DNA of 54,782 bases from Burkholderiales bacterium (GCA_038144955.1 JAYQOT010000005.1:1751-56532), one strand, 5' to 3'. Counted from the first letter of the stretch, positions 9,409-18,927 are shown. A program made the numbers and translations. Notes: generated from the sequence alone by a model not told the origin.

Positions 9409-10245
9409 ATGTCTTTGCCGCTGATTAAACAATTCGCGCAGCGCCTTGCACTGCACACCTGGACACTGGAAACCACGCCGTTCGCGGAAACCCTGCGCAT
9501 CGCCCGCGAAACCGGCTGGAATGCCGTCGAAATCCGCCGCAGCGACGTGCTGCAGTGCTACAAGGCCGGCATGACGCGTGACGACGTGATCCGGTTGATC
9601 CGTGAGGCCAAAATTGCGGTGGCGAATACCGGTACTGAATACGGCATTCTTTTTGCCGAGGGCGACGAGCTGAAACGCCTGCTCGAAGTGCTCGACGAAA
9701 CCTGCGTCATCGCCAGGGCCGTCGGCTGCGACATGATCATGACCGCCACCGGCCAGAAATCCGGCACCCTCAAGCAGGCGGCGTCCAACCTGCGCGCGGC
9801 GGGCGACGTGGTGGCGAAGCATGGTCTGCGCATTGCCTGGGAATACAGCTCGGCTCACGACACCGTCAACCGCCTCGAGATCGCGCGCGAGCTGCATGCG
9901 CAGGTCGCGCATCCCGCCTTCGGCCTGCTGCTCGATGCCTATCACCTCGAGCGCAGCGGCGCCGGCGGCCGAGCTTTCGCCGACGTGCCGGGCGAACACA
10001 TCTACGCCTTCCAGTACAGCGACGTGCCGCTGACCTCGCCACCGGGCATGCTGCGTCCGACTGACCGCCTCGCTCCCGGCCGCGGTCGCGTGCGCTGGTC
10101 CGAGGTGTTTGCGCTGCTCGCCGAAAAAGGTTATCAGGGTTATCTGAGCTACGAAGCGCCGAATCCCGAACTGTGGGCGCGCCCGGCCGCCGAGGCCTCG
10201 CGCGAGGGCGTGGAGGCGACGCACAAACTGCTCGCCGCAATGTAA
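9409..10245 (+). CDS. Sugar phosphate isomerase/epimerase (xylose isomerase-like TIM barrel)
   Basis: G.RIAWE, LLDAYH, SD...R..PG.G, GYQGYLSYE metal-binding motifs; GAGGA RBS before ATG 9409. Confidence 0.8.
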   Translation: MSLPLIKQFAQRLALHTWTLETTPFAETLRIARETGWNAVEIRRSDVLQCYKAGMTRDDVIRLIREAKIAVANTGTEYGILFAEGDELKRLLEVLDETCVIARAVGCDMIMTATGQKSGTLKQAASNLRAAGDVVAKHGLRIAWEYSSAHDTVNRLEIARELHAQVAHPAFGLLLDAYHLERSGAGGRAFADVPGEHIYAFQYSDVPLTSPPGMLRPTDRLAPGRGRVRWSEVFALLAEKGYQGYLSYEAPNPELWARPAAEASREGVEATHKLLAAM

Positions 10246-10281
10246 CCGCATCAACAACAGACTGACCGAGGAGACTGAAGC

Positions 10282-11391
10282 ATGAAAGTGAAAGCCGCCG
10301 TCGCGCACAAGGCTGGTGCACCGTTGACCATCGAAACCGTGGACCTCGACGGTCCCAGGGCCGGCGAAGTGCTGGTCGAGATCAAGGCCACCGGCATTTG
10401 CCACACCGACGAGTTCACGCGCTCGGGCGCCGATCCCGAAGGCCTGTTCCCGGCGATTCTCGGCCACGAAGGCGCGGGCGTGGTGGTCGACATCGGTCCC
10501 GGCGTGACCAGCCTGAAGAAGGGCGACCACGTGATTCCGCTCTACACGCCTGAATGCCGCCAGTGCGAATACTGCCTGAGCGGCAAGACCAATCTCTGCC
10601 AGGCCATCCGCACGACGCAAGGGCAGGGCGTGATGCCCGACGGCAGCAGCCGTTTTTCGGTGGGCGGCAAGAAGGTGTTTCATTACATGGGCACCTCCAC
10701 CTTCGCCAACTACACCGTGGTGCCGGAAATCGCGCTGGCGAAAATCCGCGAGGACGCGCCGTTCGACAAGGTCTGCTACATCGGCTGCGGCGTCACCACC
10801 GGTATCGGCGCGGTGATCAACACCGCCAAGGTCGAGCCCGGCGCCAACGTCGTGGTGTTCGGCCTCGGCGGCATCGGCCTCAACGTGATCCAGGGCGCGC
10901 GGCTGGCGGGAGCGAACATGATCGTCGGCGTCGACATCAATCCGTCACGCAAGGCGCTCGCCGAACAGTTCGGCATGACCCACTTCGTCAATCCGAAAGA
11001 GGTAAAGGAAGACCTGGTGCCGTACCTGGTTAACCTGACCAAGGGCGGCGCCGACTACAGCTTCGAGTGCATCGGCAACGTCGACGTCATGCGCCAGGCG
11101 CTGGAGTGCTGCCACAAGGGCTGGGGCGTGTCGGTGATCATCGGCGTCGCCGGCGCCGGGCAGGAGATCAAGACCCGGCCGTTCCAATTAGTGACCGGCC
11201 GCGTGTGGAAGGGAACGGCCTTCGGCGGCGCCAAGGGCCGCCGCGACGTGCCGAAGATCGTCGACTGGTACATGGATGGCAAGATCAACATCGATGACCT
11301 GATCACGCACAAGCTGAAGCTGGAGGACATCAACAAGGGCTTCGATTTGATGCACTCGGGCGAATCGATTCGCAGCGTGGTGGAGTTTTAG
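10282..11391 (+). CDS. frmA: S-(hydroxymethyl)glutathione dehydrogenase / class III alcohol dehydrogenase
   Basis: GICHTD, GHEGAG, PECRQCEYC..GKTNLCQ, TRPFQLVTGRVWKGTAFGG. Confidence 0.97.
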   Translation: MKVKAAVAHKAGAPLTIETVDLDGPRAGEVLVEIKATGICHTDEFTRSGADPEGLFPAILGHEGAGVVVDIGPGVTSLKKGDHVIPLYTPECRQCEYCLSGKTNLCQAIRTTQGQGVMPDGSSRFSVGGKKVFHYMGTSTFANYTVVPEIALAKIREDAPFDKVCYIGCGVTTGIGAVINTAKVEPGANVVVFGLGGIGLNVIQGARLAGANMIVGVDINPSRKALAEQFGMTHFVNPKEVKEDLVPYLVNLTKGGADYSFECIGNVDVMRQALECCHKGWGVSVIIGVAGAGQEIKTRPFQLVTGRVWKGTAFGGAKGRRDVPKIVDWYMDGKINIDDLITHKLKLEDINKGFDLMHSGESIRSVVEF

Positions 11392-11455
11392 GAAAACCGG
11401 CTGTGTGGCGTGATTCCTGAGCGTTCCCGATAGTGCTTTGGTCTATCATGATGTC

Positions 11456-12964
11456 TTGACGACATTAACCACATTTGCAACATCGGTTTTCCCGTTTGAA
11501 AACACCTACGCCCGCGATCTTGAAGGGCTGTACGTGCTGTGGAAAGCCGCGGAAGTCCCACAGCCGAAGCTGATCAAGTTCAATCGCGCGCTGGCGGAGG
11601 AACTGGGGCTTGATGCCGATGCGCTGGATTCCGATGAAGGCGCGCGGATTTTTTCCGGAAACCAGTTGCCGGAGGGCATCAAAACCATCGCCCAGGCCTA
11701 TGCCGGCCACCAGTTCGGTGGTTTTTCGCCGCAGCTCGGTGACGGCCGCGCGCTGCTGCTGGGCGAAGTGATCGATAAGAAGGGCAAACGCCGCGACATC
11801 GCCTTCAAGGGGTCGGGCCGCACGCCGTTTTCGCGCGGCGGCGACGGCAAGGCGGCGCTGGGGCCGGTGCTGCGCGAATACATCATCGGCGAGGCGATGC
11901 ACGCACTGGGCATTCCGACCACGCGCGCGCTGGCTGCTGTGACCACCGGCGAATTCGTCCGCCGCGAGCGTAACCTGCCGGGCGCGGTGCTGACCCGCGT
12001 CGCATCCAGCCATATCCGCGTTGGCACCTTCCAGTTCGTCACCGTGCGCGGCGACATCGCGATGCTGAAGAAGCTCGCCGATTACGTGATCGAGCGCCAT
12101 TACCCCGAACTGAAAGGACAGGACGACCGCTACTGGGGACTGCTGCGCGGGCTGTGTGAGCGCCAGGCCGAACTGATCGCGCGCTGGATGAACATCGGTT
12201 TCATCCACGGCGTGATGAACACCGACAACATGACGCTGTCGGGCGAGACCATTGATTACGGACCCTGCGCCTTCATGGACCGCTACGATCCGGTGACGGT
12301 GTTCAGTTCCATCGACGAGCAGGGCCGCTATGCCTATGCCAACCAGCCGCCGATCGCCAACTGGAACCTCGCGCGCTTCGCCGAGGCACTGTTGCCGTTG
12401 CTTGGTGAGGACCAGGACCGCGCAGTGCAGCAGGCGATGGAAATCCTCGGCACCTTCCAGCAGCGCTACGAGCACTACTGGCTGCAGGGCATGCGCAAAA
12501 AACTCGGGCTCACGCGTGAAGAGAATGATGACTTCGCGCTGGCCACCGATTTCCTCAAGACCATGGAAGGCCAGGGCGTGGATTACACGCAAGCCTTCCG
12601 CCGCCTGGCCGATGTGGCCGAAGGCAAGGGCGCATTGAGTGATATCGGCCTGCACAAGCTGTATGCCGACGACACGGCGCTGAAGGCGTGGCTGCCGCGC
12701 TGGCGCGCGCGGCTCGAGAGCGAATCTGTATCACCCGAACAACGTGCGGCAGCGATGCGCGCGTTGAACCCGGTTTACATTCCGCGCAATCACAAGGTTG
12801 AGGAAGCGCTCGATGCCGCGGTCGAACTCGGCGATTACGCGCCGTTCGAACAACTGCTCGAAGTGCTGCGCCAGCCTTTTGTAGAAAACAAAGCCTTCGC
12901 CGCCTATGCCGAACCGGCGACGCAGGAGCAGGCCGCCGGTTACCGCACGTTCTGCGGTACCTGA
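11456..12964 (+). CDS. selO: Protein adenylyltransferase SelO (YdiU)
   Basis: AYAGHQFG..SPQLGDGRA, KGSGRTPFSRGGDG, GFIHGVMNTDN, TIDYGP, C-terminal FCGT; start uncertain (TTG 11456 or 11438). Confidence 0.95.
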   Translation: MTTLTTFATSVFPFENTYARDLEGLYVLWKAAEVPQPKLIKFNRALAEELGLDADALDSDEGARIFSGNQLPEGIKTIAQAYAGHQFGGFSPQLGDGRALLLGEVIDKKGKRRDIAFKGSGRTPFSRGGDGKAALGPVLREYIIGEAMHALGIPTTRALAAVTTGEFVRRERNLPGAVLTRVASSHIRVGTFQFVTVRGDIAMLKKLADYVIERHYPELKGQDDRYWGLLRGLCERQAELIARWMNIGFIHGVMNTDNMTLSGETIDYGPCAFMDRYDPVTVFSSIDEQGRYAYANQPPIANWNLARFAEALLPLLGEDQDRAVQQAMEILGTFQQRYEHYWLQGMRKKLGLTREENDDFALATDFLKTMEGQGVDYTQAFRRLADVAEGKGALSDIGLHKLYADDTALKAWLPRWRARLESESVSPEQRAAAMRALNPVYIPRNHKVEEALDAAVELGDYAPFEQLLEVLRQPFVENKAFAAYAEPATQEQAAGYRTFCGT

Positions 12965-13039
12965 GCGGCTTTAGAGTAAAAAAGTTTCATAAGTATATGT
13001 TTTAATTGATAATTTTAACAATTCACGAGGAGCCTGCTG

Positions 13040-13924
13040 ATGCCGTACGCCCGATCCGGTGACGTCAATCTGTATTACGAGGAGAGCGGACGCGGTACGC
13101 CGATCGTGTTCGTGCATGAATTCGCCGACGACCTGCGCAGCTGGGAACCGCAGCTGCGCTTCTTCTCGCGGCGCTATCGTTGCATCGCCTACAACGCGCG
13201 CGGCTATCCGCCCTCCGACGTGCCGCGCGCGCGTTCCAAATATTCACAGGCCATCGCCGCCGATGACATTGCCGCGGTGATGCGCCATCTCAAGATCAAG
13301 AAGGCGCACATCATCGGCTGCTCGATGGGCGGCTACGCCACCGTGCATTTCGGCCTGCGTCATGCGCGCTTGGCACTCTCGCTGACTGCGATCGGCGTCG
13401 GCTACGGCTCCGATGCCGACAAGCGCAAACAATTCCTGAAGGACACCGAAGTCATGGCGCGGCGTTTCGACACGCTGGGCACGCGCGAGGCGATCAAGCC
13501 CTACCAGATCGGGCCGTCGCGGGTGCAGTTCCAGAACAAGGATCCGCGCGGCTTCGCGCACTTCTGCGCCGAGTTCGCCAAACATTCAGCGCTGGGTTCG
13601 GCGAACACGCTGCGCGGCGTGCAGGCGAAACGGCCGACGATCCAGAGCCTGGAGCGCCAGTTGCGTAATCTCAAGGTGCCGCTGCACATGGTCACCGGCG
13701 ACGAGGACAACAACTGCCTGGAGCCGGGCATCTTTATCAAACGCGTGTGCCCGTCGGCGTGGCTGACCGTGGTGCCGAACACCGGCCATGCGGTCAACGT
13801 CGAGGAGCCGGCGCTGTTCAACGAACTCACCGCCGAATTCCTTGCGCAGGTCGACAGCGGCCGCTGGAAGCCGCGTGATCCGCGCTCGCTGGTGAAGTCG
13901 ACCATGCAGCCTGGAAAGAAATAG
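13040..13924 (+). CDS. Alpha/beta hydrolase
   Basis: GCSMGG nucleophile elbow, GDED acid, GHAVN His; HEF in place of HG. Confidence 0.88.
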   Translation: MPYARSGDVNLYYEESGRGTPIVFVHEFADDLRSWEPQLRFFSRRYRCIAYNARGYPPSDVPRARSKYSQAIAADDIAAVMRHLKIKKAHIIGCSMGGYATVHFGLRHARLALSLTAIGVGYGSDADKRKQFLKDTEVMARRFDTLGTREAIKPYQIGPSRVQFQNKDPRGFAHFCAEFAKHSALGSANTLRGVQAKRPTIQSLERQLRNLKVPLHMVTGDEDNNCLEPGIFIKRVCPSAWLTVVPNTGHAVNVEEPALFNELTAEFLAQVDSGRWKPRDPRSLVKSTMQPGKK

Positions 13925-13927
13925 CCG

Positions 13928-14842
13928 ATGGTCACGCTGATCGAGAATTTCCGCGCGGTGTTCTACACGCCGTTCTATGCCGCGTTTGCGCTGAAAACGT
14001 ATGAGGCGGAGGGCGTTGAGGTGCGCATGGAGACCTCGTCCGATGCGGCAAAAACGCTGAGCACGCTGACCTCCGGTGCCGGACAGGTGTCCTGGGGCGG
14101 GCCGATGCGCCTGCTGCACGCGCATGACGATGATCCGCAGTGCGACGTGGTCAGTTTCTGCGAAGTGGTGGGACGCGATCCGTTCTACCTGGTGGGCCGC
14201 GAGCCGAATCCCGATTTCCGCATGAGCGCGCTGCTCGACTGCACGCTGACGGAAGTCACCGAGGTGCCGACGCCGTGGTACTGTCTGCAGCACGATCTGC
14301 GTCTGGCAGGCGTTGATCCGGTGACCGTCAAGCGTGCGCCGGGTGCCGGCATGGCGGACAACCTCGAGCGACTGCGCCGCGGCGAAGTCGATGTGATCCA
14401 GGTGTTCGAGCCGCTGGCGCATGACGCGGTGGCGCAGGGCTTCGGCCATGTCTGGTACGCGGCGGCGAGCCGCGGCCCGGCGTCGTACACCACCTTCAAC
14501 ACCACCCGCGCGTTTCTCGAGCGCGATCCGGACACCGCGCTGCGCATGACGCGTGCGATGTACCGCACCCAGCAATGGATCGCTGCGCACGACGGCCGCG
14601 CGCTGGCTGAAGTGGTTGCCGGATATTTTCCCAAGCTGCCGGCAGCGACACTGGCCGCCTGCTGCGAGCGTTACAAGGCGAGCGGTATCTGGAATACCGA
14701 GCCGCTGCAGCACCGCGAAGGCGTCGAATGGCTGCGCGATGCGATGCTCGCATGCGGTGCGATCAAGCGGCGCATCGAGTTCGACGAACTCTCCGACATG
14801 CGCTGGGCCTACCGCGCCATGCGCGAGATCCCGCCGTCCTAG
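13928..14842 (+). CDS. SsuA/THI5 (NMT1)-like periplasmic-binding-fold protein, no signal peptide
   Basis: FY.PFY.A.....YEAEGVEV, WGGPMR, G.VD..QVFEP, YT.F patterns; in-frame TAG at 13922 blocks any N-terminal extension. Confidence 0.75.
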   Translation: MVTLIENFRAVFYTPFYAAFALKTYEAEGVEVRMETSSDAAKTLSTLTSGAGQVSWGGPMRLLHAHDDDPQCDVVSFCEVVGRDPFYLVGREPNPDFRMSALLDCTLTEVTEVPTPWYCLQHDLRLAGVDPVTVKRAPGAGMADNLERLRRGEVDVIQVFEPLAHDAVAQGFGHVWYAAASRGPASYTTFNTTRAFLERDPDTALRMTRAMYRTQQWIAAHDGRALAEVVAGYFPKLPAATLAACCERYKASGIWNTEPLQHREGVEWLRDAMLACGAIKRRIEFDELSDMRWAYRAMREIPPS

Positions 14843-14886
14843 GCGGCGGTTGTCTCCGGGCTATCCCCGCAGCCCCGTTCCTTTAC

Positions 14887-15351
14887 TTAGAACGGGATGT
14901 GATGCCCCCAGCCCAGGTCGCGCGTGTCGAGCTTGACGTGGCGCGCGAGCAGCCGCGGCTGATCACCGTCCAGTGCGACGGTGTCAAAGTACTTGCCGAT
15001 GGCAAACAGCTGGGTGACGCCGCCGTCGATCGCCGTCTTGAAGATGTGCACTCCTGACACGACGTTTGCGCGCTTCGCGGCCTTGTCAAAGCTGACCTTG
15101 TAGACCACCGCGCTGCGGGTCAGCGGTGATGGATCGGTGTTGTGCTTGGGTAGGGTGTGGAACAGTTCCTCCATCTCCGCGCGGTTATGGTCGAGCCAGG
15201 TCATTTCGCGCTTGATCTCGGGACTGTATGCACTCAGCTTGTATTCGTACTGCGCGTCGCAATGGTCGAGGTATCCCTTGAAGTCCTTCGCATCGAGCAG
15301 CATGCAGGTGTCGTAAACCAGTTCTTCGACTTGGGTGCGTTCGGTGTTCAT
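14887..15351 (-). CDS. msmB: Methanesulfonate monooxygenase-like hydroxylase beta subunit (ring-hydroxylating beta fold)
   Basis: SnoaL-like 154 aa directly downstream of a Rieske alpha subunit; AYSPEIKREMTWL, LPKHNTD and V.LDTRDLGWG.H.PF resemble MsmB as I recall it. Confidence 0.8.
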   Translation of the reverse strand: MNTERTQVEELVYDTCMLLDAKDFKGYLDHCDAQYEYKLSAYSPEIKREMTWLDHNRAEMEELFHTLPKHNTDPSPLTRSAVVYKVSFDKAAKRANVVSGVHIFKTAIDGGVTQLFAIGKYFDTVALDGDQPRLLARHVKLDTRDLGWGHHIPF

Positions 15352-15373
15352 GTGGTCTCTCCGGTGTCGGCGG

Positions 15374-16594
15374 TCAGGCGGCGCGCGCGCGGGCCAGCGG
15401 CACGGCGAGCGGATTGGAGGAACTGCGGCCCATGCGCCGGCTCCATTCGGCGAGGTAATGGCGCATGCCGACCTCGTCGTGGATGGTGAGGTCTTCCTCG
15501 CGCGCCTGCAGCACGTGCATCGACTCGCTGCCGCGGGCCATCGCGATGCCCTGGCCGGACGAGGCCAGCAGGTCTTCGTGCAGGTTGCGGCCGAACGGGC
15601 TCCAGATCACGGCGGCATCCTTTTCGCGCTGGTGGCGCTGCGCGGGCGTGTCGCTTTTCAGTCCGAGGATGCGGAATTCGAGGATCACGTGATTGGGCGA
15701 CAGCGGAATGTAGCTGTCGATGCGCAGCACGGAAGTGCGCAGGTTGAAAGTGATGCACGGGAACAGGTCGACCAGCTTCCAGCCCTTGGGCGGCAGTTTC
15801 GGCCAGCCCAGTTCGGATCGGCCGCTGCCCTTGTAGGCGTCGTACTTCACCATCATTGAGCCCACCGAAGCGTGGCCGTTGGGGAACGCCTCGTACTTGC
15901 GCTGGAAGTAGCCCGAGTTCGGATCGAGCATCCCGGTCACGCGGTTATAGTAGTGCAGGTAGTCGTGGTAGAACTCGCTGTTGGTGTCGTGGATCAGCTT
16001 GAAGTTGGTATGCAGATGCGCCTGGTAGTACCACAGTGTCTCCATCGGCTCGGCTTCGAGTTCGGGCATCATGTAATCGAGCGCCGGGCCGATGTGCTCC
16101 TTCAACGAGCAGCAGTTGTCGTCGAGGTTGACCCAGACGAATCCGCCGTAGCCGACTTCGGTGCGCACTTCCTTGAGGCTCAGGTCCTCCTTGCACAGGC
16201 GCTGCTGGTAACCGGCTTCGCCGCGCGGGATGTCGACGCATTCGCCGGTGCCGCTGAACGCCCACTGGTGGAAAATGCACACCAGCTTCTTGGCGTTGCC
16301 TGACGGTTCGTACACCAGCAGATTGCCGCGGTGCGGGCAGATGTTGTAGAAGGTGCGCACCTTCATGTCTTCGCCGCGCACGATCACCAGCTGCGTGCCG
16401 CCGGGATGCTGGTAGGTGCGGTAGTCGTAGAGCTTGGCCACTTCGCTTTCATGGATCGCGAGGTGCCACACCTTGCGGAAGATCTTTTCCTTTTCCTCCT
16501 CGAAGATGTCCGGATCCGAATAAATGAGCGGATCGGCGTAATGGCTGGGGGGCAGTTTCGGCTTCTGGGTCCACTGGGCACTGGTGCGCGACAT
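15374..16594 (-). CDS. msmA: Methanesulfonate monooxygenase-like Rieske hydroxylase alpha subunit
   Basis: Rieske CPH-x17-CIFH; Fe ligands NSEFYHDYLH; PFGRNLHEDLL and REED.TIHDE.GMR segments resemble MsmA; GGAGG RBS before ATG 16594. Confidence 0.82.
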   Translation of the reverse strand: MSRTSAQWTQKPKLPPSHYADPLIYSDPDIFEEEKEKIFRKVWHLAIHESEVAKLYDYRTYQHPGGTQLVIVRGEDMKVRTFYNICPHRGNLLVYEPSGNAKKLVCIFHQWAFSGTGECVDIPRGEAGYQQRLCKEDLSLKEVRTEVGYGGFVWVNLDDNCCSLKEHIGPALDYMMPELEAEPMETLWYYQAHLHTNFKLIHDTNSEFYHDYLHYYNRVTGMLDPNSGYFQRKYEAFPNGHASVGSMMVKYDAYKGSGRSELGWPKLPPKGWKLVDLFPCITFNLRTSVLRIDSYIPLSPNHVILEFRILGLKSDTPAQRHQREKDAAVIWSPFGRNLHEDLLASSGQGIAMARGSESMHVLQAREEDLTIHDEVGMRHYLAEWSRRMGRSSSNPLAVPLARARAA

Positions 16595-16716
16595 GATGCG
16601 GTTCCTCCATCTGGCGTTCAGGATTGATCCGCGTGGCGCATCGTCGTTGCCGCTGTGGCGGGCAAGAGGCGCCCGACGGTTAGCGTCTGAAGCTAAGGCC
16701 CGCAACGGGCAAGCTG

Positions 16717-16732
16717 GTTGACATAGGTCAAC
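16717..16732. promoter_or_regulatory. Palindromic operator candidate GTTGAC-N4-GTCAAC (FNR/CRP-family-like geometry) upstream of msmA
   Basis: Perfect 6+6 inverted repeat with 4-nt spacer in the divergent msmA/thiL gap. Confidence 0.45.
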
Positions 16733-16977
16733 AAATGTTTGAACGACGGTCAGATCGTGGAAGGGGATTTCTTCTGCGTTCAATGCGGCAACGACGATCT
16801 GTTGCGTGATGTGGATTCTGCGATGCAGCACCCGCCGCCTTGCCGGCCTGATCGCGGCTGTTCCTCTAAACAATTATTTTTGTTGAATTTTCAACCCCGT
16901 CGCCGGCGTTACGGCGCAGGGTTTGCGCTGCGGAAAGTCGCCGCTGCTCTACCGCTTCAAGGCACAATACGCTTTCC

Positions 16978-17946
16978 ATGTCCGCCGAATTCGAACTGAT
17001 TCGCAGTTACTTTACCCATACCGCGCCGCGCACGCTGCTCGGTGTCGGCGATGACGCCGCGCTGATCAATCCTCCGCGCGGCCAGGTGCTGGCGGTGGCC
17101 GCCGACATGCTGGTCGCGGACCGCCATTTCTTCCGCGACGCCGATCCGGCGTCCGTTGGCCATAAGGCGCTGGCGGTGAATCTTTCCGACATGGCAGCGA
17201 TGGGCGCGGGGCCGCGCTGGGCAACGCTGGGCATTGCGCTGCCCAAGGCCGATGCCCGCTGGGTCGCGGCGTTTTCGAAGGGTTTCATGGCGCTCGCGCG
17301 CAAACACGGCGTCGCCCTGATCGGCGGCGACACCACGCGCGGGCCGTTGAACATCTGCGTGCAGATCATAGGCGAAGTGCCGGTGAAACAGGCGCTGCGC
17401 CGCGACGGCGCCAAGCCCGGCGACGACGTCTGGGTGTCGGGCACGCTGGGTGATGCCGCGCTGGCGGTGGCGGCACGCACGCGGCGCATCGCGCTCAAAC
17501 CCGCCGAGCGCAAACTCGCGCAGCGACGCCTCGACTGGCCGCAGCCGCGACTCGCGCTCGGACTGGCGTTGCGCGGCATTGCGCGCAGCGTGATCGACGT
17601 CTCCGACGGACTCGTCGCCGACCTCGGCCACATCTGCGAACGCTCGAAGGTCGCGGCAGTGGTGGAATTCGCGCGGCTGCCGGTGTCGCCACTGATGCGG
17701 CGGCATCTCGCGTCGTCCGTCGCGCGTGCCGCGCTGCTTTCCGGCGGCGACGATTACGAGTTGTGTTTTACCGCGGCACCTTCCAAACGCGCAGCGGTGG
17801 AACGTGCGGCGTCACGTACGCGCACCAGGGTGGCGCGCATCGGCCGCGTACTCCGCGCACCAGCTGGCGCGTGCAGTGTGGCGGTGGTGGATCAGGATGG
17901 ATTGCCGCTGGTGCTGAAGAAACGCGGCTTTGATCATTTCGCCTGA
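16978..17946 (+). CDS. thiL: Thiamine-monophosphate kinase
   Basis: EFELI, GVGDDAA, AVNLSDMAAMG, LIGGDTT, DVSDGL..DL.HI, GGDDYEL, C-terminal GFDHF. Confidence 0.97.
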   Translation: MSAEFELIRSYFTHTAPRTLLGVGDDAALINPPRGQVLAVAADMLVADRHFFRDADPASVGHKALAVNLSDMAAMGAGPRWATLGIALPKADARWVAAFSKGFMALARKHGVALIGGDTTRGPLNICVQIIGEVPVKQALRRDGAKPGDDVWVSGTLGDAALAVAARTRRIALKPAERKLAQRRLDWPQPRLALGLALRGIARSVIDVSDGLVADLGHICERSKVAAVVEFARLPVSPLMRRHLASSVARAALLSGGDDYELCFTAAPSKRAAVERAASRTRTRVARIGRVLRAPAGACSVAVVDQDGLPLVLKKRGFDHFA

Positions 17947-18059
17947 GTCAAATCACGGTGTCGTAAGCTGTTCCGGAGATTTGAAACAATTTGTATGCCC
18001 GATTGATTGATGGGCGCCGGTCTGCCACCCTGTTGCGGTCTTAACTCACGGAGTCTTCC

Positions 18060-18347
18060 ATGAAATATCGTTTGTCAGTGGTTCTGGGCGCTGTTGCGAT
18101 GGTTGTAGCCACTCAGGGTTTTGCCACCGGGCTGGCCACCTGCGATTCGGGTCCGCGCGAGGGCTGGCAGCCGCAGAGCAAGCTGGAGAACATGCTGACC
18201 GGCAAAGGCTGGAAGATCCGCCGCGTCAAGGAAGACGGCGGTTGCTACGAAGTGTATGCCTTCGACGAGAAGGGTGACCGCGTCGAAGCATATTTCCATC
18301 CGAAAACCCTGGATCTGGTGCCGACCAGCCGCTATCCGCGCCAATGA
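18060..18347 (+). CDS. Secreted PepSY_2-domain protein
   Basis: Signal peptide; GWKIRRVK.DGGCYEVY..D.KG.RVE.YFHPKT. Confidence 0.85.
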   Translation: MKYRLSVVLGAVAMVVATQGFATGLATCDSGPREGWQPQSKLENMLTGKGWKIRRVKEDGGCYEVYAFDEKGDRVEAYFHPKTLDLVPTSRYPRQ

Positions 18348-18898
18348 CCGCGGGTTCGTCTGAAGCCGGTAGCGTAAAAGTCTGGGATGTATTCGTCCGC
18401 ATCGCCCACTGGTCGCTGGTGGTTGCGGTACTGGGCGCCTGGGTGACTGAAGATTTCGGCGCGGTGCACGAGTGGCTGGGTTATGCGGCGCTGATCATCG
18501 TCTCGTTGCGCCTCATCTGGGGCGTGGTCGGGACGCGCTACGCGCGGTTTTCAGGGTTTGTGCGCTCTCCCGAAGCCACGATTGCCTACGCCAAACAGAT
18601 GCTGGCTTTGCGCGCGCCGCGCTATGTCGGCCACAACCCGCTCGGCAGTTACATGATCATTGCGCTGATCGTGATGATTGCGCTGACCGGGTTCACCGGC
18701 TGGCTCTATACCACCGACCGTTTCTGGGGCGTGGAGTGGGTGGAAGAACTGCACGAGGCCACGGCCAACGGGCTGCTCCTGCTGATCGTGCTGCATGTCT
18801 GCGGCGTGGTGGTGTCCTCGCTGGCGCATCGCGAGAATCTGGTGAAGGCAATGTTCAGCGGGCGCAAGCGGGCGCCGGGGCCGCGGGACGTTGTCTGA
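18344..18898 (+). CDS. Cytochrome b/b6-domain (Ni-hydrogenase cyt b-like) membrane protein
   Basis: VWD..VR..HW, HEWLGY, GHNPLG, ELHE..AN, LH..GV...S..HRENLV.AM; ATGA overlap with the PepSY gene. Confidence 0.9.
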   Translation: MTAGSSEAGSVKVWDVFVRIAHWSLVVAVLGAWVTEDFGAVHEWLGYAALIIVSLRLIWGVVGTRYARFSGFVRSPEATIAYAKQMLALRAPRYVGHNPLGSYMIIALIVMIALTGFTGWLYTTDRFWGVEWVEELHEATANGLLLLIVLHVCGVVVSSLAHRENLVKAMFSGRKRAPGPRDVV

Positions 18899-18927
18899 CC
18901 CTAACTGGGCTATTGGCATTGTGGTCA

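Noticed and set aside
12950-12964. Selenocysteine read-through at the selO TGA
   Set aside because: The protein already ends in Cys-containing FCGT like many bacterial SelO; no SECIS-like hairpin evident
16595-16977. Possible TPP riboswitch upstream of thiL, or a small CxxC ORF (16739-16999)
   Set aside because: No CTGAGA/TPP core seen; the ORF has atypical composition, no RBS and overlaps the thiL start
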